Shown: one piece after another, positions 44,359 to 53,198 of the stretch | How the letters are laid out: each line of letters opens with the position of its first letter | Numbering within the stretch: the stretch's first letter is position 1 | Assembly (NCBI GenBank): GCA_036267875.1 | Contig: DATAVE010000117.1 | Span: forward strand, 25,785 to 89,784 | DNA from: Mycobacteriales bacterium | Lineage (GTDB): Bacteria; Actinomycetota; Actinomycetes; JAFAQI01 | Reading direction: 5' to 3' | Length of the DNA stretch: 64,000 bases | Program-made: the position numbers and the translations under genes | Notes under the pieces: generated by a model | The model's database searches: none | Seen by the model: only the letters and a program-made list of their open reading frames with translations | What the model was told of the DNA's origin: nothing

Positions 44359-45514
44359 TGCCGCGCATGATCTTGTACACCGCGTCCTCGGGCATTCCCT
44401 CGAACAGCTTCTCCGCGACCGCCTTGCTGTTGGGCCAGGTCGAGTCACTGTGCGGGTAGTCCGTTTCGAACAGCACGTTGTCGACGCCGACCTGGGCGAG
44501 GGAGTCCATGCCGTGCTGGTCTTTGAAGAAGCAGCCGAAGACCTGGCGGTAGTAGTACGTCGACGGTGGCTCGGGGATCCGTTTCGTGTCCGCCCAGCCC
44601 TGGTTGTCGTGCCACACGTCGTCGATCCGCTCGAGGATGTAGGGCAACCAACCGACCTGGCTCTCGGCATAGCAGAGCTTGAGATCGGGGAACCTGACCA
44701 GAACGCCTGAGAACAGGAAGTCGGCGAGGGAGAACATCGCGTTGCCGAACGCGAGCGTCGCCGTCACTGCGGGGGGCGCATCGGGTGTGGTCGCAGGCAT
44801 CCGGGACGAGGAGCCGATGTGCATCGCGACGACCGTCGAGGTCTCCGCGCACGCCTGGAAGAACGGGTCCCAATACCCGGAGTGGATCGTCGGCAGGCCG
44901 AGGTGGAACGGCAGCTCGCTGAAGGCGACTGCTCGCACCCCTCGTGCTGCGTTGCGACGCACCTCTGCTGCAGCGAGGTCGGCATCCCACAACGGGATCA
45001 GGCACAGTGGGATCAGGCGGCCGCCCGAGTCACCGCACCACTCGTCGACCATCCAGTCGTTGTAGGCCCGCACGCACGCCAGCCCGAGATCGCGGTCGGG
45101 ATGTTCGTTGAAGGTCTGGCCGCAGAAGCGCGGGAACGTCGGGAAGCACATCGACGCTTCCATCCAGTTGACGTCCATGTCGGCGAGGCGTTCCTTCGGG
45201 TCGTAGCAGCCCGGCCGCATATCGTCGTAGGTGATCGGCGTCATCGTCATCTCTTCGACCGGGTACCCGACCGCGGCGACCATCCGCTTGTGGGTGTAGA
45301 CCAGATCGCCGAAGCGCCAGCAGTCGACCTTCGTAGGGGAATCCTCGTCGAACTCCTCTTTGTAGGCCGCCGCTCCGGTGAACTCGATCGCACGAATGCC
45401 CCGGCGCTCGACCCGGGGTCCGGCCTCCCGGAACTCGAGTGGCAACCACTGCTGCCAGACGTGCGCGGGCTCGACGACATGGTCGTCCACGCTGATGATC
45501 TTCGGCACGTCCAC
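44312..45514 (-). CDS. Amidohydrolase_2 family protein (paralog of 9164..10339)
   Basis: AGGAGG 7 nt upstream of GTG 45514; IISVDDHVVEPAHVW, YDDMRPGCYD, YNDWMVDEWC, ETDYPHSDSTWPNS. Confidence 0.8.
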   Translation of the reverse strand: MDVPKIISVDDHVVEPAHVWQQWLPLEFREAGPRVERRGIRAIEFTGAAAYKEEFDEDSPTKVDCWRFGDLVYTHKRMVAAVGYPVEEMTMTPITYDDMRPGCYDPKERLADMDVNWMEASMCFPTFPRFCGQTFNEHPDRDLGLACVRAYNDWMVDEWCGDSGGRLIPLCLIPLWDADLAAAEVRRNAARGVRAVAFSELPFHLGLPTIHSGYWDPFFQACAETSTVVAMHIGSSSRMPATTPDAPPAVTATLAFGNAMFSLADFLFSGVLVRFPDLKLCYAESQVGWLPYILERIDDVWHDNQGWADTKRIPEPPSTYYYRQVFGCFFKDQHGMDSLAQVGVDNVLFETDYPHSDSTWPNSKAVAEKLFEGMPEDAVYKIMRGNAIRMLGLDHLADRR

Positions 45515-45525
45515 GGCCGGCCCTC

Positions 45526-46143
45526 CTAGGACTCGACGGACTCGACGGCGGCTTCTTCCGCAGCCCGCTGGTGGCTGCGACGGGCGGCAAGCTCCGCCAC
45601 CGCCTGGGTGAGCGGTATGCCGTCGTTTGCGGCGGCCTTCTTCATCTCCTCCCACTCTCGGAGGCTCTCCGCAGCGGCGTCGGCGTTGTCGTTCCAGACC
45701 GGAAGCAGCGGGGTGGTGATCTCCAGCCGCAAGCCACCTGGCTCGTGGAAGTAGACGCTGTAGATGATCTTGTGGTCGACCGGGCCGATCACATCTACCC
45801 CGTTTGCGGTCAACCATTGCGACCACGCGTCGACCTGCTCCGGGCTGTCGACCTGCATCGCCAGATGCTCGAAGGTGTCGTACGCCGGGTGTGGGGGAGC
45901 GGGCCGTTCCGGGAGCTCGGGCGCCTCGAAGAACGCAATCGTCGAGCCGTCCTGCATCTTGAAGAACGAGTGGAAGTACGGCACGGGCTCACCGGTCGAC
46001 GGGATCTTGTCGTCGAGCACGGCGTTGACCAGCTCCATACCGAGCACCCGAGTGAAGAAGTCGGCGGTGGCTGCGGTGTCGTGGGTGACGAAGGCCGCGT
46101 GACTCAGCATCGCGGGCTTGGCGGGGCGTATGGATCCGCTCAT
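45526..46143 (-). CDS. VOC (glyoxalase/extradiol-dioxygenase fold) family protein
   Basis: LSHAAFVTHDTAATADFFTRVLGMEL.., HLAMQVDS.., YFHEPGGLRLEI. Confidence 0.7.
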   Translation of the reverse strand: MSGSIRPAKPAMLSHAAFVTHDTAATADFFTRVLGMELVNAVLDDKIPSTGEPVPYFHSFFKMQDGSTIAFFEAPELPERPAPPHPAYDTFEHLAMQVDSPEQVDAWSQWLTANGVDVIGPVDHKIIYSVYFHEPGGLRLEITTPLLPVWNDNADAAAESLREWEEMKKAAANDGIPLTQAVAELAARRSHQRAAEEAAVESVES

Positions 46144-46155
46144 CTGCTCACTATA
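46144..46155 (-). promoter_or_regulatory. TATAGT (-10-like) 6 nt upstream of ATG 46143: leaderless-transcript signature
   Basis: Minus strand reads tcTATAGTgagcagATG; no SD. Confidence 0.35.
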
Positions 46156-46219
46156 GAACCCTGGAACACGAGTGTCAGATTCACGTTCGTCAGGCGGTCG
46201 GTGGGCGTGCGTTGCCGCT

Positions 46220-48310
46220 CTATGCCTTTGCGAGGATCAGCGCATCGACCGCGACGACACCGCTGGCGGTCACGACGAGTGGATTGATGTCGACGGACGA
46301 CGCGTGGCCGCCAAGCCGTCTCCAGAGGCGGTCGACGGCGAGCAGCGCATCGACGAGCGCTTCCGTCGGCCATGGCGCCTGGCCGCGGAAGCTGGCGATG
46401 GCTGACTCGCCGGCAACCTCGTCGACGAGCGCCTCCGCGGACGTGCGGGAAAGGGGCAGCTTGCGCCCACTGACCCCTCCGGTCGTCTCGACCAGGACGC
46501 CGCCTCGACCGAACAACACGAATGAGCCGAGGTCGGTGCCGATCTGCAGGCCGGTGAACGCTTCGCCGACGGCTGTGACCTGCTCCTGAACGACGACGGT
46601 CGCGGGCACGCCCTCACGAGCGGCGATGGCCCGGAGCCGACGCACTTCGAGTTCCAGCCCGTCGGCCTCGATACCGATCGACACCGCGCCGAGCTCGGTG
46701 CGGTGAGCGACGTCCGCGAGCTTCACAACCAGCCGGTCGCCGAGATGCCCGACGCCTGGAAGGACGTCCGCATCCGCCGGAACTACTAGGTAGCGCGCTG
46801 TCGGAACGCCGGCCTCGGTGAGCAGATCCATTGCCTGTTCGAAGGGCACAAGCGCACCTGGTGCTACAGCAGCGATCGGGTTGTCGATCGATGCAGACCC
46901 GACTGGGTCGGGCTGTTCCTGATCGGCGTAGGTCGTGAAGGTCGTCATCGCGTCCATTGCTCGGTACAGGGAGCGCACACCGGCGGTCACCGCGAGCCCG
47001 CGTGACTGCCACTGCGCAGTCCAGTCGCCGACGGCTGCGTCTTCGAGGGACGTGACGACGCACGCGGTGTCGCTCGTCGCCGCGACATCGGCGAACGGCT
47101 CGAGCAGCACGCGACCCCAGGCTTCGTCTCCCGGCCCGACCCACCAGCAAAGCCCCAGCAGGTCGACGTCGTCGGCGGTCGCATATCGCGTGAACAGCTC
47201 GCCGAGGACTGCGCGATCGGTGACGACGAATCCAGTCATGTCCAAGGGGTTTACGGTCTCGGCACCCGGGATCGTCTCTCGCACCCAATCGGCTACACCC
47301 ACCATAGGTGGCAGCTCGGTGAGCGCGTCGGCCGCGAGGTCCGATGCAAGCGCGGACACTCCGCCCGAGCTGGTGATCAGCGCGGCCCTCCGCATCGGGC
47401 GCCACCGCGTCCTTGGCAGCTGGTCGAAGAGCTGCGCCATGTCGAGCATCTCGTCCATGTCGCGCGCCGCGAGAACGCCGTGCTCGCGAAACGCGAGGTC
47501 GTAGACCCACGCGGCATCGGCGATCGCTCCGGTGTGCGACTGGATGATCGAGCGCGCCGACTCGGTCCGGCCGAGCTTCAGCGCTATCACTGCAGTACCC
47601 CGCTCGCGGGCGTGACGGACGGCCGCGAAGAACTGATCGGCCGCGCGAACCTTCTCGACCACGAGACAGATGACCGAGGTGTCGGCGTCGTCGGCGAGGA
47701 CGTCGATGTAGTCGTGCAGCCCGCAGACAGCCTCGTTGCCGGATGACACGGCGATGCTGACGCCGAGCTGGCGGCGACCAGCCGCGGCGAGCGCCGAGCG
47801 AACCAGGAACCCACTCTGCGAGACGATCGCGAGTCCCCCCGCGCGGGGCGAGATCGCACCGCCGGTGAACATGTTGATGCCCGCTTGGGCGTTGATGTAG
47901 CCACTGCAGTTCGGTCCGACGACGGCGATCCCGGCTTCGTCGGCGATCTCCTTCAGTCGGGTTTGCAGGCTGACGCCGGCTTCGCCCGCCTCGGCGAACC
48001 CGGCCGCGGCGACGACCACTCCTGCGCAGCCGAGCTCGGCCGCCTCGCGGACGGTGTCCACCGACCGCTCCGCGTTGACGAGCGCGAGCACGGCGTCGAT
48101 CGGCTCGCCGATCGACGTGAGGCTGGGCGCACACGGCAGGCCGTAGACCTCGTCGCGCCGCGGGTTGACCATGCGGACGTCGACGCCGGCGGCGAGCATC
48201 GGGCGGACCGCGTTGTTGGACATCGCCAGCGACTCGTTCGCGCCGACCACCGCGACGGTCGTCGGACGCAGCAGTCGGTCAAGGTTCGCCAGACCCTCGC
48301 GGATCAACAT
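46220..48310 (-). CDS. ADP-forming (NDP-forming) acyl-CoA synthetase, fused CoA-binding/ligase-CoA + ATP-grasp domains
   Basis: ATG 48310; TTVAVVGANES.., VVGPNCSGYIN, IVSQSGF, phospho-His loop QSHTGAIAD, C-terminal ATP-grasp-like half; 972-aa ORF extension rejected. Confidence 0.8.
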   Translation of the reverse strand: MLIREGLANLDRLLRPTTVAVVGANESLAMSNNAVRPMLAAGVDVRMVNPRRDEVYGLPCAPSLTSIGEPIDAVLALVNAERSVDTVREAAELGCAGVVVAAAGFAEAGEAGVSLQTRLKEIADEAGIAVVGPNCSGYINAQAGINMFTGGAISPRAGGLAIVSQSGFLVRSALAAAGRRQLGVSIAVSSGNEAVCGLHDYIDVLADDADTSVICLVVEKVRAADQFFAAVRHARERGTAVIALKLGRTESARSIIQSHTGAIADAAWVYDLAFREHGVLAARDMDEMLDMAQLFDQLPRTRWRPMRRAALITSSGGVSALASDLAADALTELPPMVGVADWVRETIPGAETVNPLDMTGFVVTDRAVLGELFTRYATADDVDLLGLCWWVGPGDEAWGRVLLEPFADVAATSDTACVVTSLEDAAVGDWTAQWQSRGLAVTAGVRSLYRAMDAMTTFTTYADQEQPDPVGSASIDNPIAAVAPGALVPFEQAMDLLTEAGVPTARYLVVPADADVLPGVGHLGDRLVVKLADVAHRTELGAVSIGIEADGLELEVRRLRAIAAREGVPATVVVQEQVTAVGEAFTGLQIGTDLGSFVLFGRGGVLVETTGGVSGRKLPLSRTSAEALVDEVAGESAIASFRGQAPWPTEALVDALLAVDRLWRRLGGHASSVDINPLVVTASGVVAVDALILAKA

Positions 48311-48323
48311 GCGTGTCAGAATA
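48311..48323 (-). promoter_or_regulatory. TATTCT (-10-like) 7 nt upstream of ATG 48310: leaderless-transcript signature
   Basis: Minus strand reads gttTATTCTgacacgcATG; whole divergent gap is 18 bp. Confidence 0.35.
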
Positions 48324-48328
48324 AACAG

Positions 48329-49171
48329 GTGCGCGACCAGCATGTCGCCGTCAGGGTCGAGGACGGCGTTGCCGTCATCAGCCTGGACCGACCGCAGTTG
48401 CGCAACGTGCTCTCGCCTGGTTCGGATGGCACTCGGGGACAGCTGCTTGCTGCTTTCAGCGCGGCCGAGGCCAGCCCCGACGTCGCTGCGATCGTGCTGA
48501 CGAGCACGAGCGGCGACTTCTGCGCCGGCGCGGATCTGACAGCGGCGACACCGCGGTTGACTCTCGCGGCCCAACACGACTTCGTCGCCGAGGCTGACGC
48601 ATTCCACCAAGCGTTGCGGCGTACGACGATGCCGGTGATCGCAGCGGTTCGCGGTTACTGCCTGGGTGCCGGCCTGCTGCTCGCCTGTAGTGCTGACATC
48701 GTGCTCGCCAGCACAACCGCGCAGTTCGGCCTGCCGGAGGGCCGGCTCGGGCTGATCGGGGCGAGCCCGCTGGTGCCGCTGATCGGGCGCCAGTGGGCGA
48801 AGTTCCTCGTCATGACGGGTGAGTCGATCGACGCCTGGCGCGCCCGGGACATCGGCTTGGCGCTCACCGTGATCCCCGACGAACGCCTGGATTCGCGCAG
48901 CCTCGACCTCGGGAGCCGATTGGCGCGGATGCCCCGCGAAGGCCTGGCGTTGAACAAGGCGGCGATCGACGCGATCGCCGATGAGAGCGGCGAGGAGGCC
49001 GGCCGGGTCGAATCGTTGTCCAGAGATGCGCTGACCCTGCAGCAGTCGGCGGGTGCGCTCGCTCCGGACGGCCGGACATTTCGCGACATCCTCCAGGCAG
49101 AAGGCATGAAGGGGCTGAAGGCCGCACGCGAGGCGCAATGGTCCGAGCCCTGGCTGCAGGACGAGTCATGA
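48329..49171 (+). CDS. Enoyl-CoA hydratase/isomerase (crotonase) family protein
   Basis: GTG 48329; VAVISLDRPQLRNV, LTSTSGDFCAGADL, AAVRGYCLGAG; only 18 bp from divergent start at 48310. Confidence 0.75.
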   Translation: MRDQHVAVRVEDGVAVISLDRPQLRNVLSPGSDGTRGQLLAAFSAAEASPDVAAIVLTSTSGDFCAGADLTAATPRLTLAAQHDFVAEADAFHQALRRTTMPVIAAVRGYCLGAGLLLACSADIVLASTTAQFGLPEGRLGLIGASPLVPLIGRQWAKFLVMTGESIDAWRARDIGLALTVIPDERLDSRSLDLGSRLARMPREGLALNKAAIDAIADESGEEAGRVESLSRDALTLQQSAGALAPDGRTFRDILQAEGMKGLKAAREAQWSEPWLQDES

Positions 49172-50493
49172 CGGGCAAGGCGTTGACGCGCCGTACGAGC
49201 TACGGGCCGAACAGCCCGGTAGTCGGTCAGCGCGGTGCGCGGACTCGGCAGCGGTTGCTCGACATCGCGCTTCGACTGTTCGCCGACAACGGATTCCACG
49301 CGACGCTGGTCGACGACATCGCCCGTGAAGCCGGGGTCTCGAGGGCGACGTTCTACCAGTACTTCAACAGCCGCGACCAGGTGGTCGTCGAGCTGGTCGA
49401 GGAGTGTGGCGCCGAGCTGATGCGCGTCGTGCGGCGGCTCGGCCCGCTCAGCGCGACGGCGACCGGCTACGACAACGTGCACTGGTGGCTGGGGGAGTGG
49501 GCGTACGTCTACGACAAGTACGCCACCATTTTCGTCGAGTGGGCTCACATCGACGGACCCGAGACACCGTTGCGGCCGATGATCGTGCGGTTCGTCGAGA
49601 ACTACACAAGTCAGCTGGCTGGTCGGCTCAGCGACGCGACGTTCGCGGGCCTCGAACCGTCGGCCATCGCGCTCGCGCTGCAGACCATGATCGAGCGGTT
49701 CAACTACTACCGGCTCACGCAGCAGACCGGGGCCAGTGATCGCGAGATGCTGGACACGCTCGCGATCTGCGTGCAGCGGTTGTTGTTTCCGGCGACGCCC
49801 GGGTCGGCGTACATCAACACCGCCGAGTCGCCGATCCCCGCTGTGTCCCGGCTACCGCTGGCGGATCGTCGCAGCGCCGGCCCAGACACCGCCGACGAGT
49901 TCGACCGGGCACGGTTCGCAACGATGAGCGAGGCTGGGCGAGCCAGCATCGAGCAGCTGGTCGCAGCCGGTGCGAGGGTTTTCGCGGAGTCCGGGTACCG
50001 CGGGTCCAGCGTCGATCAGATTCTCGCGATGGCGGGTCTGTCGAGGCGCACTTTCTACAAGTATTTCGACAACCGGTTCGACCTGTTGTTGATGGTCTCG
50101 GATCGTTGCGCCGCTCATGTCGCCGACCTTGCGGCTGCCTTCCCCGCTATCTCCCGGTCCTCCCAGATCGAGATCGCGGTGTCGGCATGGGTGGAGTCGG
50201 TCGTACGGTTCGCCAACGACGACGGCGGGATCCTTCGCATCTGGCTCGAGGAGCCGGTCAGCCCGCAGCTGAAGGCGACGGCCGATCGTGCGATCGGAAG
50301 TCTGATCGAGGTGTTCGAAACGGGGCTCTCGCAGAGCTTGCCGTTGCCTGGATTCTCTCCGACGGCCGCTGCTTGGGTGCTGTTGTCCGTGGTCGAACGG
50401 GTGCCGCGTCAGGCTGTAGCGACCCGGGACGACCTGACGACCGAGCAACTCGTCGACCTGATGACCGGTGTGATCACCCGCGGTCTGCTCTGA
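49168..50493 (+). CDS. Tandem (double) TetR-family regulator: two complete TetR units in one 441-aa protein
   Basis: ATGA overlap with upstream gene; HTH 1 RQRLLDIALRLFADNGFHATLVDDIAREAGVSRATFYQYF (aa ~26-72), HTH 2 IEQLVAAGARVFAESGYRGSSVDQILAMAGLSRRTFYKYF (aa ~257-303). Confidence 0.75.
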   Translation: MTGKALTRRTSYGPNSPVVGQRGARTRQRLLDIALRLFADNGFHATLVDDIAREAGVSRATFYQYFNSRDQVVVELVEECGAELMRVVRRLGPLSATATGYDNVHWWLGEWAYVYDKYATIFVEWAHIDGPETPLRPMIVRFVENYTSQLAGRLSDATFAGLEPSAIALALQTMIERFNYYRLTQQTGASDREMLDTLAICVQRLLFPATPGSAYINTAESPIPAVSRLPLADRRSAGPDTADEFDRARFATMSEAGRASIEQLVAAGARVFAESGYRGSSVDQILAMAGLSRRTFYKYFDNRFDLLLMVSDRCAAHVADLAAAFPAISRSSQIEIAVSAWVESVVRFANDDGGILRIWLEEPVSPQLKATADRAIGSLIEVFETGLSQSLPLPGFSPTAAAWVLLSVVERVPRQAVATRDDLTTEQLVDLMTGVITRGLL

Positions 50494-50494
50494 C

Positions 50495-51640
50495 TCAACC
50501 GGTGCCCAGGATCACGGTGCCGGACGAGCAGAACCAGCCGCCGGTCGCGCTGACGCAGGCGAGCGTGGCATCGGCAACCTGGCGCGGCCCGCACTCTCCC
50601 CGCAGCTGCCGGGCGGCCTCGGCCACTAGGAACAACCCCCGCTGGCCGGGATGGCAGGCAGCCAGTCCTCCACCGTCGGTGTTTGTCGGCAGCGCTCCGC
50701 CGAGCCGGAGCCGGCCGTCCGCGACGAACTCTCCTGCTTCACCCTTCGCGCAGAATCCGAGATCCTCGAGTGTGATCAGCAGCATCGAGGTGAACGCGTC
50801 GTAGATCTCACAGACGTCGATGTCCGAAGGTGTGACACCGGCGCGGCTGAAGGCGAGTGGTCCAGATACTGCGGCGGGCCCGGTGGTGTAGTCCTCCCAC
50901 TGGCTCATCGATACGTGTGATGCGGCTTCGCCGGTGCCGAGTACCCATACCGGGGCGACTGGAAGATCCTGCACTCGGTCCTCGGCGACGAGCACTACCG
51001 CGGCCGCGCCGTCGGAGCGCAGACAGCACTGCAGCTTGGTGAAGGGGTCGGCGATCATCGGTCCCGCCAGGACGTCGTCGATGGTGATCGGTGCGCGCTC
51101 CTGTGCCTCGGGGTTGTCGGCGGCGTTGAAGCGTGCTGACACGGCAATCTCGGCAAGCTGCTCGACGGTCGTGCCGAACTCATGCATGTGCCGACGAGCT
51201 GCCATCGCGTATTTCGAGATCAAGGTGTGGCCGTAGGGCACCTCCCATTGCATCGGGCCGCGCGAGCCCCAATCGAGGCTGCCCATGCGCAGCCGGTTGC
51301 GGATGTCGGAGCGAGCAGTCGACCCGTAGGCCAGCAGGATCACGTCAGCGTGGTTCTCGGCGATCGCGTCGACAGCATGCGCGACCATGACCTCCCACGC
51401 CGCACCACCGACCGCTGTGGAGTCGAGCCAGCGCGGCCGTAGGCCGAGGTACTCAGCGACATCGATCGGTGCGAGCGCGCCGAGCGCGGTCGAGGCGAAA
51501 CCGTCGATGTCTCCGGGACCGAGCCCGCTGTCCGCCAGTGCCTTGCGGGCAGCCTGGGCAAGCAGCCCGTACGGCGTGGCCGGCTCCGGCTGGGCGAGAT
51601 CGGCGAGCGCGACCCCGGCGACCGCTACGCGGCGGCTCAT
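50495..51640 (-). CDS. Ltp2-like thiolase-fold protein lacking thiolase catalytic Cys/His
   Basis: ATGA overlap with upstream hydrolase gene; nucleophile region DSTAVGGAAWE (no Cys); CEIYDAF replaces xHDCF. Confidence 0.75.
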   Translation of the reverse strand: MSRRVAVAGVALADLAQPEPATPYGLLAQAARKALADSGLGPGDIDGFASTALGALAPIDVAEYLGLRPRWLDSTAVGGAAWEVMVAHAVDAIAENHADVILLAYGSTARSDIRNRLRMGSLDWGSRGPMQWEVPYGHTLISKYAMAARRHMHEFGTTVEQLAEIAVSARFNAADNPEAQERAPITIDDVLAGPMIADPFTKLQCCLRSDGAAAVVLVAEDRVQDLPVAPVWVLGTGEAASHVSMSQWEDYTTGPAAVSGPLAFSRAGVTPSDIDVCEIYDAFTSMLLITLEDLGFCAKGEAGEFVADGRLRLGGALPTNTDGGGLAACHPGQRGLFLVAEAARQLRGECGPRQVADATLACVSATGGWFCSSGTVILGTG

Positions 51641-52785
51641 CGCACCACCCTGCGCGTGACCCATTCGGCCATTGCGTCGAGCGCCTGTTCCAGCAACTCC
51701 GGGGTCCCTTCGTAGTAGTGACCGGCACCCTTGATGGCGACTAGCTCGCTGGTCTCGCCTGCGGCCTCATGCATCTCTTGACCCATGTGCGGATGGACAG
51801 TGACGTCGGCTGTGCCGTACTCGACCAGGACCGGCACTGCGACGTCGGGCAGCCAGCGCACCGCGTTGCCCAATGAGTGGTCGACCGACCACTGGTTGAG
51901 CCACGCGCGCGCGGTATTGAAGCGCCCGATCCCGGCCGGCAAGTAGTTGGCGACGGCCGGTGGCCCCCACAGCGAGACCCCGATAGGACGATCGCTCGGG
52001 TCGATCGCACCGTCCAGAAATCGCAAATCGGCGCATGTGCCATGGACGACGAACGGCACATCGTCGAGACCTTCCGGGCCCGAGCCAGACTTCAGCGCAA
52101 CCAGCTGCTCCTCGCACCAGCGAGAGATCCGGCGGTTGCGCTCAAGCTGGGCGGCGCGATAGGTCGCGATGAACTCCGGCGTGAAGGGTGGTGCGTTGCG
52201 TTCGTCGTACATGTCGAGGCTGGCGTCGCGGTCGAACGGGCGCAGCTCGTCGGTGATTGCGGGGTCGAGCCATTCGCTCGACAACCGCGCCCGGCTCGGG
52301 TGTGCCATGAACATCACGAGCCCGTCGAGTGGCGGCAGGTCGGCCTGGGTGAGGTCGGGACCACCTCCCGGCGGGTTGCTGACTGTGGGATTGCGCGCCT
52401 GCGCCTGGTAGTACGGCGCGGTCGATGCTCCGCCCGAGTTCCCGACGAGCACGACGTGCCGGTAGCCGAGAACCTCGCGTAGGTGCCGCACGACGGCGCC
52501 GATGTCGAGCAGGCAGTTCTCGAGTAGGAGCGAGGAGTCGTTGCCGACGTATCTCGTAGTCAGGCCGACCGCGCCGAAGCCGCGCGCCGCGATGCCGGGC
52601 AACGCGTAATGACCCAGGAAGTTCGCGGTGGGATGGCAGAACATGATGGCCGTGTCTCGTGGTGAGCCGGACTCGCGGACCTCGCTCGCCCACACGGTCT
52701 TGGCGAGCCGGGCGACTCCGGAGTAGATCTCGACGCGGGAGTGGGCGTCGGCGGCCGCCGCGACGAGGTTGCGCTCGATGCTCAA
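51637..52785 (-). CDS. Alpha/beta-hydrolase fold protein
   Basis: Nucleophile elbow VLVGNSGGAS; candidate acid/His in EYGTADV and KGAGHYY; TTG start overlapping DUF35 stop (start uncertain). Confidence 0.7.
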   Translation of the reverse strand: MSIERNLVAAAADAHSRVEIYSGVARLAKTVWASEVRESGSPRDTAIMFCHPTANFLGHYALPGIAARGFGAVGLTTRYVGNDSSLLLENCLLDIGAVVRHLREVLGYRHVVLVGNSGGASTAPYYQAQARNPTVSNPPGGGPDLTQADLPPLDGLVMFMAHPSRARLSSEWLDPAITDELRPFDRDASLDMYDERNAPPFTPEFIATYRAAQLERNRRISRWCEEQLVALKSGSGPEGLDDVPFVVHGTCADLRFLDGAIDPSDRPIGVSLWGPPAVANYLPAGIGRFNTARAWLNQWSVDHSLGNAVRWLPDVAVPVLVEYGTADVTVHPHMGQEMHEAAGETSELVAIKGAGHYYEGTPELLEQALDAMAEWVTRRVVR

Positions 52786-53198
52786 CGGACTGGCCGGAAG
52801 CAGGGCGAGACGATCTCGTCGTTCAGCGGTTGGAACGTCACTTCGAGCGGCATTCCGATACTCAGCTCCTCGGCGTCGGCTTCGACGATTCGGGTCATGA
52901 CCCGCGGCCCCTCTTCGAGATCGACGACCGCCGCGACGTAGGGCACCTGCTCATCGAAGGGCGGCAGGTCGTTGAGGTAGACAGTGGAGTAGGTGTACAG
53001 CGTCGCCCGCCCGCTGGCGTCTTCCCACGGCACGTTGCCGCTCCAGCAGAAGGGGCAGAACGGCCGCGGGTAGTGATGTGCGCGACCGCAGTCCGAACAG
53101 CGCCGAATCAGGAAGCGGCCCTCCGTCGCCGCCTGCCAGAACGGCTCGGTTTCGGCCTCGATCGTCGGGAGATCGCTGCGAGGTCGGGTAGCTGTCAT
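52782..53198 (-). CDS. Stand-alone DUF35 protein (Zn-ribbon + OB-fold)
   Basis: FWQAATEGRFLIRRCSDCGRAHHYPRPFCPFCWSGN; ATGA overlap with upstream FadD. Confidence 0.8.
   Translation of the reverse strand: MTATRPRSDLPTIEAETEPFWQAATEGRFLIRRCSDCGRAHHYPRPFCPFCWSGNVPWEDASGRATLYTYSTVYLNDLPPFDEQVPYVAAVVDLEEGPRVMTRIVEADAEELSIGMPLEVTFQPLNDEIVSPCFRPVR

Noticed and set aside
46150-46195. KstR/KstR2-like operators (TnnAACnnGTTnnA, AnCAAGnnCTTGnT), e.g. TAGAACCCTGGAACACGAG upstream of the VOC gene
   Set aside because: No proper dyad is present: GAAC is repeated directly, not inverted. I found no convincing KstR-type palindrome in any intergenic region by eye. A computational scan would be needed to exclude weaker sites.
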